From NCBI GenBank assembly GCA_000934665.2, contig JYFJ02003539.1:1-40411 (forward strand): a stretch of DNA of 40,411 nucleotides. Direction: 5' to 3'. The position numbers and the translations under genes are program-made. This DNA comes from Catajapyx aquilonaris (taxonomy: Eukaryota). Shown in pieces: positions 12,884 through 22,866 of the stretch (positions are counted from its first letter, which is position 1; each line of letters begins with the position of its first letter). A model generated the notes under the pieces. It searched no databases. It saw only the letters and a program-made list of their open reading frames with translations, and was not told where the DNA came from.

Positions 12884-15268
12884 CTAAGCTGTGATTGGGG
12901 TGGCCCCTCCCTTGCTCTTCCTGTTACGCTTCTTCTTCTTCTTCCCGGAGGTGTCAGGCGTCTGGGGAGTGGCTCCGGGCTTCTGCTGCGGGGTCTTGAC
13001 CTGCCCCTGGGGAGACTTCATCCCGTTGGCTTGCGGCTTGCCCTGCTTGCCTGGGTGAGGAGTGGATGGGCCAGTCTTGTTCTTCTTGTTCTTCTTACCA
13101 CCGGGGGTAGTAGGGGTGGCGGGAGAGGCGAGAGTGACGCCAGGGGACATCCGGGCCTTCTTCTTGGCTGGGGATGGCGAGGTGGTCATGACGGACGACT
13201 CAAAGTCAGTCGTCGTTTCCAAGTTCGAGTCAGACTCATCCTCGGAATCCTCTTCTCCCAGCTCGAAATCTGAGTCAGATTCTTCCTCTTCCACAGCTTC
13301 CGTATCTGCAAACATTATCCGTTAATCTCAGAATGCCCAACCATTAATTAAATTCTGGCAAACAAAACCTTACCTATCAGATTGATGCCCTCCGTCGCCT
13401 TCCGCTTCGGCGGCTTCATCCCGTTTGCGTCTCCCGAGATGTCGATGTCCTCCTCCTCCTCAGAATCCTCCTCCTCGCTGCCGTACATGGCCGCCTCATC
13501 CGGCAGAAGGTATCCGGTCAGGTAGACCTTGGACTTGGCACCCTTGGTTGAGAAGGCCACTTCCTCGTCACACTCGAAGTTGAGGTCCAGCTGCTGCTGC
13601 ATGGTGGCACCTTGCTGCCTGGACAGGTTGCAGATGACGTAGGAGCGCTTGGCCACCTCCGCTTGGATGGTCACTGGCGCGTTTTCAGGGTTGGCCTCGG
13701 TGGCATCCAGGGTGGCGGTTGAGATGTGGAAGGCACGCTCCACCTTCTGTGCATAGCGCTTGCCGGGCTCCAGTACAAGTCCTGGTTCAAAAGAAAACCG
13801 GTAACTAGTGTCACGCCTAATACTAGACAAGCATGTTTCTCAAAGGAATGGGGATTGCTCAGAGATGTACTATCGGCATGGAAATGGTACGGACACCGGG
13901 GAGTAAGCGGATCACACCTAACTTTGCGATTTATTTTCACTACTTTGCTTCGTAATTTTTCGTAATTAAGTAACTCTAATCCAGGTAGCTACACTGAAGA
14001 GCACCCCCAAAAAATTTCATGACGTTAGCAAGCGTACAAAGACATGAAATAAAATGTCAGCTGATGCCTCTTTTTTTTTTTTTGGCTGCTGCAGACTGTT
14101 TCCTCTTAATGTCAAAGCGCATTTCTTTAACAGTAAAACAAGCAGGTTTTCTGTACCGTAATCATTGCGAATATTTTAAAGCAGATTATTGTAGCTTCTT
14201 GTTCAATTATGTGACTGGCTACGCATATTGCACCTTTGATTTATGGTCTAGCATCTGTAATAAATTCATGTCATGTCACCGAAGCAGTGGTGGCCGAGGG
14301 GATATGGTATCCGACTGGTCCTGGGTTCGATCCCCGGGGCCGGCAACCCTAACAGTGTGGTTTTCCCACGGTCCCTCCAGGTAAATGCCGGGGGTTGTTT
14401 CCTAAAATAATAGGCCACAGCCGCTTCCTTCCGTCCCTATCCTATCCCCAAAAAGCTAAGTAAAAATGCAACGAGTTCCAGCCAAAACAAAAAAAACACT
14501 CCCCCCTTAAAGAGCTGATAACGGGGCATGATATTAATAAATTCATGTCCGAAAGGACGTTCTTTTAGCAATAAAACAAGCCAGGTTTTATCATTAATGG
14601 AGCTTATTTTTAAAAGCCGGTACCGACGTAAGAATTTTCTCTCATAAGAGGAGCCAACCGCGCATGCTCGGATACGAGGAAAGAGGAAAAGTTGACTTTA
14701 ATCCCCTTTTAGAGGGGCCCTGAGGCGACAGAGTCCGTCTCGACGTACAAGATTTCTCACGTAAGAGGACTCTTATGAGAGAAACTCTAACGTGGATACC
14801 GGCTTTAAGTCAATAATAATTGGCTAAAAAAAAACAACTTAAGTATCGTAGCAAGCAGGAATGTGCATGTCTTTAACACCAAAATATGCAAATTGTACGT
14901 AATTATCGTTGCTTCCTGTTCATTTTTTCTCTCTCTCTCTCTCTAAGTATTTGTAAAATATTGTACCTTTGATTTATTTCCTAGCATCTTATTACTGTCA
15001 GAAAGTTCCTTGAACAGTAAAACCCAATATTATCGCTTTTTGGCCAATATATTTGTAACTGTGGCTGCTCACCTGTATGTACACCGGTTTATGTACACTG
15101 CATACCTTCTCATACTACCTTCCATGCAATTAGAATCGACCAAACAAAAGTGCAAGCCATAAAAATCAGACAAAAAGTGAAAAAGTGGCGTGGTCGAAAA
15201 TGGCGTCCAAAAATGGAACAATATCAAAAATCGGTTCTAAAAGTAGGCTTCAACTCACCCCAAAACAT
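12884..15268 (-). CDS. Nucleoplasmin-like (NPL) domain acidic/basic nuclear protein, FKBP39/Fpr4-type N-terminus, no FKBP PPIase domain
   Basis: Micro first exon ATGTTTTGGG|GTGAGT (15268-15259), exon 13781-13374 and exon 13305-12884. Translation: MFWGLVLEPGKRY...FHIS...QQQLDLNF...VAFS...VYLTGY (NPL fold), then D/E tracts and a K-rich, S/T-P-rich tail ending in TAG. Confidence 0.88.
14273..14534 (+). mobile_element. tRNA-derived SINE with 15-bp target-site duplication
   Basis: Pol III A-box-like TGGCCGAGGGG and B-box GGTTCGATCCC. The body GGTTTTCC...CCAGGTAAATGCCGGG...AGGCCACAGCCGCTTCCTTCC resembles, from recall, Deu/Nin-type arthropod SINE cores. Perfect direct repeats TAATAAATTCATGTC at 14258-14272 and 14535-14549. 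Confidence 0.85.
14614..14805. mobile_element. PIF/Harbinger-type (Tourist-like) MITE
   Basis: Imperfect ~36 bp TIRs, AAGCCGGTACCGACGTAAGAATTTTCTCTCATAAGAG and CTCTTATGAGAGAAACTCTAACGTGGATACCGGCTT, with TAA on both sides (14611-14613, 14806-14808). Confidence 0.8.
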
Positions 15269-15269
15269 T

Positions 15270-16169
15270 GTGAGTGCTGCTCGTGTCGTGCTTGAAGGTT
15301 TGAAGATGCTGATAGTCTTATGGGGGGAGGCTAGAACCAGTTTTAAGAGAGAAGAACCGGAGACAAAAACTAGCAACGACCTTTTCGATTGAAGACCACG
15401 CCGGAAAAGAAAGGAAAAAGGAACGTGCGCCCGATACTTATCCGCTCGTATCGATACTTTTATCGGGTCGCCACATAAATTGAGAAGATCAAAACTTGCT
15501 GCTCCAGTTGGATGATCCAAATTGGCTAATCTTGCTTGATTGAATTTATTTGATGGACAATTGGCCGGTACGAGCAGCAGGAAACCCAGGAGTGGCAAAG
15601 TAATAAGGCTGTCAACTACATCGATTTTTTTTGATGGGAGGTATCGATATTTTTGATGCCGGTTGCCGTCAGATGGCAGGAGCGTCGCAAACGGCATGGG
15701 TTTGCAAGGTTGCCAATTAAAGCATTAGTTTTAATATGGTTTAACTGTAGTCTAACTACAATTGCATTTATTTAAATTAATACGTATGCACATTGCTAAA
15801 AAATTGACTAAAAACAAGTTCATCATAGCGTGGCTATGCAATGTTGCCAATTATGACGTTGAAATTTCAAATTAACGTCTAAATGGCATTAATTAATAAA
15901 TTAACGTCTAATTGCCATTAATTAATATCATAACGCAGAATGGCGTCGAATATTTTACTTACAACTAGCTAATTAACGTGCATTTAAAAATTTTAGTGAC
16001 AGTTTGGCAGGGATTGCAACGCACCCCTGTTGGCATATCCAACATGGCCGTCTTTTTCATCAAAAATTTTTTAAAGTGAAAAATCAACTTCTGACCTAGG
16101 TTTTCGGGCCACTTTTTTGGGGCATATCTTTAGGCCAGATTTTAAAGTCGAGTGGGTCAAAAGAGAGGG
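15270..16169. promoter_or_regulatory. Divergent promoter region between the NPL gene (-) and ZNF copy 1 (+) with DRE elements
   Basis: Perfect DRE TATCGATA at 15449-15456 and 15642-15649; YY1-like CCAACATGGCCG at 16039-16050; a ~30-bp tandem duplication at ~15869-15927. Confidence 0.6.
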
Positions 16170-17860
16170 ATGGGCAGTCCTGTTCATTTGGGGTTGGTGT
16201 TGGAAGCTGTTGTGGCCAACACTCGTCTGCTTGAAGGGCTGATGGGTCGTTGGGACCAGATGGAGGCCAGGGTGATGGGGAGGCTGGAGGAGTGGATCAG
16301 AGGAAGATGGGGCCTGCAGCAGGGTGAGGAGCAGCACGGCACTTCCCTTACATTGAAATGAATACGTTTACTTTGCTTCAGATTCTGCTCGGAGTGACGA
16401 GTCGTCTCCACAACATGGCAGCTTCCAGAGCCATTGTAACGAATCCATGTTGTTGGCAAATTATGTCAAAGTAGAGGTGGATGAAGAGTGCGAGTTGGAT
16501 CAAACGATGAGTGAGACGCCTACAGCGCTGGATCCATTGTTGGTGGACAGTGGAACGCAGCAGTCTCTACATTGCCAAACTCAAATGCCTGCCGACGAGG
16601 TTATGTTTCGATCCATGTCTGTTGCTACCAAATTATAGTTTGTTCGATGATATAAGACGCACAGAATACGTATAAATTTTTTTCAAATTATTTCAGCAAG
16701 CACTACTGGCTGAATCATTAATGATATCATTTCCACCCTCAGGAGAACTCAAATATTAGCCTTGAAGAATCCACAGCTGAACACATGGATGAAAGCTGTC
16801 CTTTATCAAGACTTTCCGGCAGTATTGTTGCCCGAGTAGCAATCATGGGTAAAGATATATTCGGTCTTAACGGGCAGTTAAACCTGATTGTAGCAGAAAT
16901 GTTCTTATTCTGCTTTTTTTCCGTTATGATCAAGTGTGTACAGTACTCATTGAAAGTCATTTGCAAGGCTCAAACAAAACTTATGCACTAGACAATAAGC
17001 ATTAGGTCAGATTCACTGCCTTACATTCACATTTACTACATGCGTATTCCTCGAGAAGATTAGGTAATGGGCCAATTTTTCAGGTGGTGTTGATATGCCT
17101 GGACCAGGCACCACTGGAACATCCGAAGCAACCACACTCGAGGGCAGTTACGCAGTGGAGGTTTGTATTGAGTCCAAAATTCCAAAGAGAAATATTTTAA
17201 AAATACGATGTTAAAAATAATTACTGTGAATTGTTGTTTTCTTGCTTGCAGAGATCAAGAAAGAGACCTGCAAAAGAAAATTTTCCCACTACACCAAGCA
17301 TATCAGGTCTTGAAGCAAAGCAAGTGACAACCAACAAGGCTAGTGAAAAAAGGAAGTGCACAGTGGCTGGAACGAGGAATAGCAAGGAGGCCTTTGTGGC
17401 AGAGAATGAGTCGCAAGGAGAACTTTTTGATGGAAACGTGTCCGCAAAACCCATCACTGAACCACCTGAGAAGCCGTTCACTTCTGACTCGCACGATGCA
17501 CATGATTATTTTTGTGAGGTTTGCGGAAGGGTATTTAAGTATGGATTCCATTACGAGAAGCACAGAATGACTCACTCGGGTGTGAAGTCATTTCGTTGCA
17601 AACTCTGCAACAGTGAATTTGCAAATGCAAACACTCTAAAGCACCATGTATTGTCACACAAAGGTGTAAGACCATTTTGTTGTCACATATGTGACAAAAT
17701 GTTTACCCAAGAAGCTCAGTTGCAAAAACACATGGTGACACACACAAAATTAAATCATTTTGTTTGCGACGTATGTAAAAAAGGATTTCTTCAGGAAGCG
17801 CTCCTGAAATTTCACATGAGGACACATGAGCAAAAAGCCACTTTTCAAAAAGAGATTTAG
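16170..17860 (+). CDS. C2H2 zinc-finger protein, family copy 1 (N-terminal coiled-coil-like domain + 4 fingers)
   Basis: Exons 16170-16323, 16382-16599, 16743-16848, 17084-17160, 17252-17860 join in frame. N-terminus MGSPVHLGLVLEAVVANTRLLEGLMGRWDQMEARVMGRLEEW; 4 CxxC-x12-HxxxH fingers. Confidence 0.85.
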
Positions 17861-18192
17861 TCAATATTTACGGGACTTTCATCGTCTACAGTCAATCAGT
17901 GTAATTTTTGGAAAGAATCGACATTTCTACGTTGTATTGTCATTGCATTTTTAATGTCTCCCATTATTAGATAATGTCATGTACTGAGGTTACGATTTGT
18001 GAGCTGTTTAAAGGAAGTGGTTGGTCCTTCAACAATAAGTGGAAATAAATTACTTGTTCCAAATATTCTGTCAATTTTGATCATAAACGCTTTTTTATTG
18101 GGACTCAAAATACTGTGCACAGTGCTGCTGTCCGAAGTGGCCCAGACATGCAATCGGCCGCTTTTGCACAGCAGCGCAAGAACTGGCCAACG

Positions 18193-19211
18193 TCATTGCG
18201 ACGGAAGCATGTAAAGCAAGTATTTTCCCACAGCAATTCCCCACAAGTGTGACTTGTCCGTAATTACTCTTCTTGCCGGCCGATGTACAGATGCACCAGT
18301 TCCAGCAAGTGGGGCGACCTTTTCCCGGAAAACTGGTTGCGCTCGAAATCCAATGAAGAAGACAGCAAGTAAAGTTTGAAAATGACATTTATTAAGACCT
18401 CAGTATAAAAAAAGGGTACACACAGTGCAAAATCCAACTTTTTCACCTTAAGGAGGGAAATAAATTATTATAAATTACTATTATTATTATTATTATTATA
18501 ATAAATCTTTTTTTTTTCCCACCCTATCTGCCGCTATATTACACACACAGATCATCATACCTATCTGAAAATTGTGGGCTTGGCTCTGAGGCGTGGTGAT
18601 TGGCCTCCTGCGTTCGCTCCCTTTCACGTGCCGCCCTGCGGAGATTCACATCCTTATCGGGCGCTTCATCGAAACTTGAAACGGCTTGGGGCAGGTCAGT
18701 CTTGATTGGTGGGGGTCGGCGGCGAGACATTCCCTGTGATGGAGCTCTTCGGCACAGGAGGCTTCGTCTCCACTGGTTCTGTCTCCAGCTTATCCCAAGC
18801 TTCCCTGCACAGATTCGCAATCCCAATGATCAGTGTACATTGCTATTTTTTATGCCAACAGACCTTTTCAGCTGCCTGGCACAAATTCTTTCATCGGTGC
18901 GGAAGTGTGGGGTTTTCGGTACAGTCACGAGGTGTCTTCCATTTGTTTCCAGTAGGGTTTTTCAGGATCTTGTAGTTGACGGGATGAGCCTTAAAGTTAC
19001 ACCTGAAATGACGGAAAACAGATGTAGTTCAACAGAAGTAATGGCCTCGGTTGTTGCTCATAACAGCTGTTTCAATTCGCCAATGGACCAGTTGCTCCTT
19101 GGACAATGCGGTGGCCCATCTGGTCCTTATTGTTACCCATGTTCGGAGAGTGCGCAACAGTCAGCTGGGAGGACCATTTACGGTTGCTGCTGTCCTCCAT
19201 CGGGTTCGACC
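18193..19211 (-). pseudogene. TPX2: TPX2-like (targeting protein for Xklp2) unprocessed pseudogene fragment
   Basis: Minus-strand exon remnants give TPX2-type motifs in shifting frames: QLTVAHSPNM / VTIRTRWATALSKEQL / ELKQL, CNFKAHPVNYKILKNP, VTVPKTPHFRTDERI, LTCPKPFQ, PITTPQS, FRAQPV. Multiple frameshifts and stops. Splice sites remain at 19211, 19002, 18864, ~18804 and ~18561. Confidence 0.7.
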
Positions 19212-19658
19212 CTGCAAACAATAACATATTATAATTTCATAATATAAGCACCAAGAGCTAATAGTGATTAGCTCTTGTAAGTACTCAGCCTGTTTCATAT
19301 TATCTTGGCTTATATACTGTCAGAGCTTATGTCTCATCGTAATAAGCTAATGAGGTCATTATCCGCTTTGACACATTTCTTCATGGTCAATTGGTCATCC
19401 TTTTATTCACCGATTGCAGCCCATATATATTGGCATCTGTTCAACAAGTCCGCCAGAATATCAAGAGGACGCCATTGCCAGACAAAGGCGCCCTCCCTCA
19501 GCAGCTTGTTGCAACAGACACTCATTTGCATGAAGACCTTCGTGTCCATATCACGTGTGCCTCAGCAGCTCTCAACAGGACCAAGGTATCATAGTACACA
19601 TTTGGTAGCTGCTGGATGCCTGCTTTACACTATCCGAATTATTCCAGTGAACTGGACA

Positions 19659-21917
19659 ATGGACCTGCACCAGCAGACCTGCAGTGCGGACAAGCATGAT
19701 GTCCTCCTGAGGCTCCAGGAGATCAACTGCATCCGGCTGGGAGACTTCCTGCTGAAGAGTGGGGTCAAGTCGCCCATCTACTTCGACGCTCGGTTCATAG
19801 TGTCGCACCCTTCGCTTATGGTTAGTGTTTTTCAGCGGACTCATCGTGGCGTAGTTATATCATGCGATTGTTGCAGGACTCGGTGGCGCAGGTGATGTGG
19901 GCGCACCGTCCGACGGATGTGACCTTTGACCTGCTGTGCGGTGTGCCGTACACTGCACTGCCTTTGGCCACCATTGCGTCCGTGAGAGCCAATGTGCCCA
20001 TGCTGGTTCGGAGGAAGGAAGGCGCAAAGGCTTACGGGACCAAGAGGGCTATCGAGGGCGCGTACGACAAAGGGCAAAACTGCTTGATTCTGGAGGATGT
20101 CGTCACCAGTGGAGGAAGCGTGCTTGATACTGCAAAGGTTGGTGGAAATTTCCCAGCGTAACTCTTATCGCTGGCAGCCGTGTTTACATGCGAGTAATGT
20201 CGACTACTTGGAGCAACAATACCACGATTCGCTCATCGATGATGAAATTACTTGCGATTCGCTGAGCAATGAAACCAATTGTACTTGGCAAAAGTATCAA
20301 TCGTGTTTCACTCCCGAACAATTGATTTCATTGCTAATCAGATCGCTCACATGTAAATGCGGCCTAAAACAGGTTTACACTATCATTTTATGAAGTGCGC
20401 AACAGCAATAGTTTGTGGAAAAACAATGGAAACGAAAAAATAGAGTACATTGGCCGAAAATAAGCTTACTTTGCTATGACGCTAATCTGTTTATTCATCA
20501 ATTTCAGTGCCTTAGGGCCGAAGGCCTTAGCGTTACAGACGCAATTGTGCTGCTGGATAGGCAGCAAGGGGGACGAGAAAGCCTGGCGGAAAATGGAATC
20601 CGGCTACACAGCGTCTTCACGTTGTCAGAGGTAAAATTGTGTTTGTTGCACATGTTACGTTAATGCTAACAGGCTGTTTGTAGGTTCCAAGCATATTGCA
20701 CCGGGCTGGGAAGATAGATTGGCAGTACTTTGGAACTCTGCAGAAGGCAATTGAAGAACTTCAGAGGGCTCCAAAAGGTAAGTGTTGGGCAATCCGTATG
20801 TTCAGTGTAGTAGATGCTTATCCGTTTCAATAGTTTCAGTTGCTGACCCAAAGGGACGGTGCAAGCAGAGCTACCGGGAGAGGTGCGATTCATGCCGCAA
20901 TAACCTGCTGACCGCAAAGTTGTTCATGGCGATGGAGGAAAAAAAGAGTAACCTCTGCGTGGCTCTTGATGTAACAAACGGGCAGCAGCTGCTGAAGATG
21001 GCTGACACGCTGGGCCCACACATTTGCATCCTGAAGCTGCACGTGGACATAATAGAGGATTTCACTTTGGAGCTGATGGAAGAATTGCAGAAGTTGGCTC
21101 TGAAGCACTGTTTTTTCATCTTTGAAGATGCGTACGTACATTTTCACTTTCAATGCTTGGATGCAATGAAATTAAGGTGCATTAGCAATTTTGTTAACTA
21201 ACTTAGAACAACCCATATTTGCCGTATGAACAAACCGTGACCAATAATTGAATTACACTAGGTAGACCTAGAATGACAGCACAGACATGCCACTCATTTC
21301 CTCTCTCGTCCAAGCAGGAAGCTGGCTGACATTGGAAATACGGCATCGCTACAGTATGAAGGTGGCGTTCATAAAATATCAACTTGGAGCGACCTAGTGA
21401 CAGTTCACTGCATTTCCGGAGATGGAATACTGGATGGCATGAAGAAAGCAGCACGAGGGAAGACGAGGGGTGCCCTGCTCGTAGCGCAGATGAGCTCTAA
21501 AGGCAACTTAATTACTGACGACTACACGCAAGGTCAGTTCTTTGAGGCAAAGTAACACCATCTCTATTTTGAGCTAGTGAGTGGCTTACAGATTTGAAAC
21601 TAACAATAACTCTTTAATTTATTCCAGCTGCGTTGGCAATGGCTGACAAACACAGCGACTTTGTATGTGGTTTCATATCGCAATCGCTTTTAAGTGAGAA
21701 TCCAGCCTACGTGTACATGACCCCAGGAGTTAGCCTGCAGGCCTCTGGTGATACATTGGGCCAAGGCTACGTGACCCCAAGCCAGGCCATAAAAGAACGG
21801 GGAGCCGACGTCATCATCGTGGGAAGAGGGATTTACCAGTCTGATGATGTCACCAAGGCGGCCATCCTGTACAAAGAAGCTGGATGGTCAGCGTACCTAG
21901 AGCGTGTTCAACAATGA
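19659..21917 (+). CDS. UMPS: Uridine 5'-monophosphate synthase (OPRT + OMP decarboxylase; rudimentary-like)
   Basis: Exons 19659-19820, 19877-20137, 20508-20630, 20684-20777, 20840-21131, 21318-21532, 21628-21917. Motifs: [60 protein letters not shown] (DxKxxD), MTPGV, LGQGY, IIVGRGI. AATAAA at 21931. Confidence 0.96.
20176..20364. mobile_element. Degenerate Harbinger-like MITE in UMPS intron 2
   Basis: AGCCGTGTTTACATGCGAG versus the reverse complement of CTCACATGTAAATGCGGCC (15/19), plus an internal inverted pair AGCAATGAAACCAATTGT / ACAATTGATTTCATTGCT. TAA is present only on the right flank. Confidence 0.5.
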
Positions 21918-22436
21918 AGTTGCGCACTGCAATAAAAATGTCAAACCATGGCTAATTTTTTTTAAAAAAAGTTTATAATAAAGATTGTGGTTACCATCAT
22001 TAATTAAATGTACAGATTGTGCTCTTTCCAATGGCATTATTTATGTTTGGGTCAAAAAATATCTATTATATTGACTATTTGAGGTGTGTTCATTTTCGTG
22101 TATTCAGCATTTCTGTCTTTTTTTTTTGAGAATTAATTACACTCTTAATGATTATTTTAAAACTTTTCTAATATATCAACCCACTGTGTACTTACTCAAA
22201 ATTTATCATCTGTACACTATGCGTTAATGAGTAATTAGAGGCAATAATGGCGTATGCTGCATAATTATTCGAATTAGCCGCTGCAACCTGCAGCTTTTGG
22301 GATCCGCCGCTATGAGCGTCAGAGTCGTAAAATACACAAAAAAAGGCGTCATATCAGCAAAATCAAATAATTTTTAATAATTTTTTTAAAAGACGTAAAA
22401 ATTAGTAAGTATGTAAATTAATTAATCTAATCTTCC

Positions 22437-22522
22437 AATCGATATTGATTCGTTAAAGAAATCGATATTGAATCGTCCACAAAAAAAATCGATATTTTTT
22501 TTTTCCTCCCACAAAATGGCGG
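22437..22522 (+). promoter_or_regulatory. Promoter of the G2E3/PHF7-like gene: three AATCGATATT (DRE/BEAF-like CGATA) motifs plus YY1-type CAAAATGGCGG
   Basis: AATCGATATT at 22437, 22460 and 22487; CAAAATGGCGG at 22512-22522; a 5'UTR donor cc|GTAAGT at 22612. Confidence 0.6.
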
Positions 22523-22866
22523 CCGATATTCTCGAACGAAGCGGCCGTTCCACTCCCTAATTATTTTTTTGAGGGGCCTCTGTTCTCTTCGCCTGCTGCA
22601 TTTCCTCGGCCCGTAAGTGGTACAAAAAACATCTCCTAATTACATCGTACCATGCCCAGCACACACTTCATGTATCGCTTAAGTACATAACTAGGCCTAG
22701 CTTTGGTTACATTCCATTTTTCTTTGTAGGGGCTCAACAGGTTAATGTTCTTTTGCAATTAAAATGGCCCCATGCTAATCGTCTTTACTAAAATTAATTT
22801 TTTTTAATGAGCCTGCACTGATTTTAATGGAAAGTTCCTTTCCCACCGCGACAGGTGTCGGCAACA

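Noticed and set aside
14000..14020. ATG AAA TTT TTT GGG G (MKFFG) on the minus strand as an alternative first exon of the NPL gene
   Set aside because: The donor GTGCTC is poor, and the MFWG micro-exon at 15268-15259 has a perfect GTGAGT donor and nearby promoter motifs.
14285..14345. tRNA gene
   Set aside because: It has A/B boxes but no complete cloverleaf; it is the head of a TSD-flanked SINE.
18600..19658. Plus-strand ORF 18600-19247 and the upstream extension of ORF 19305-19895 as coding sequence
   Set aside because: No recognisable motifs. 18600-19247 is the antisense shadow of the TPX2-like relic, and UMPS similarity begins only at ATG 19659.
20238..20265. C/D snoRNA boxes (ATGATGA...CTGA) in UMPS intron 2
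   Set aside because: The boxes span under 30 nt and lie within a MITE-like inverted repeat.
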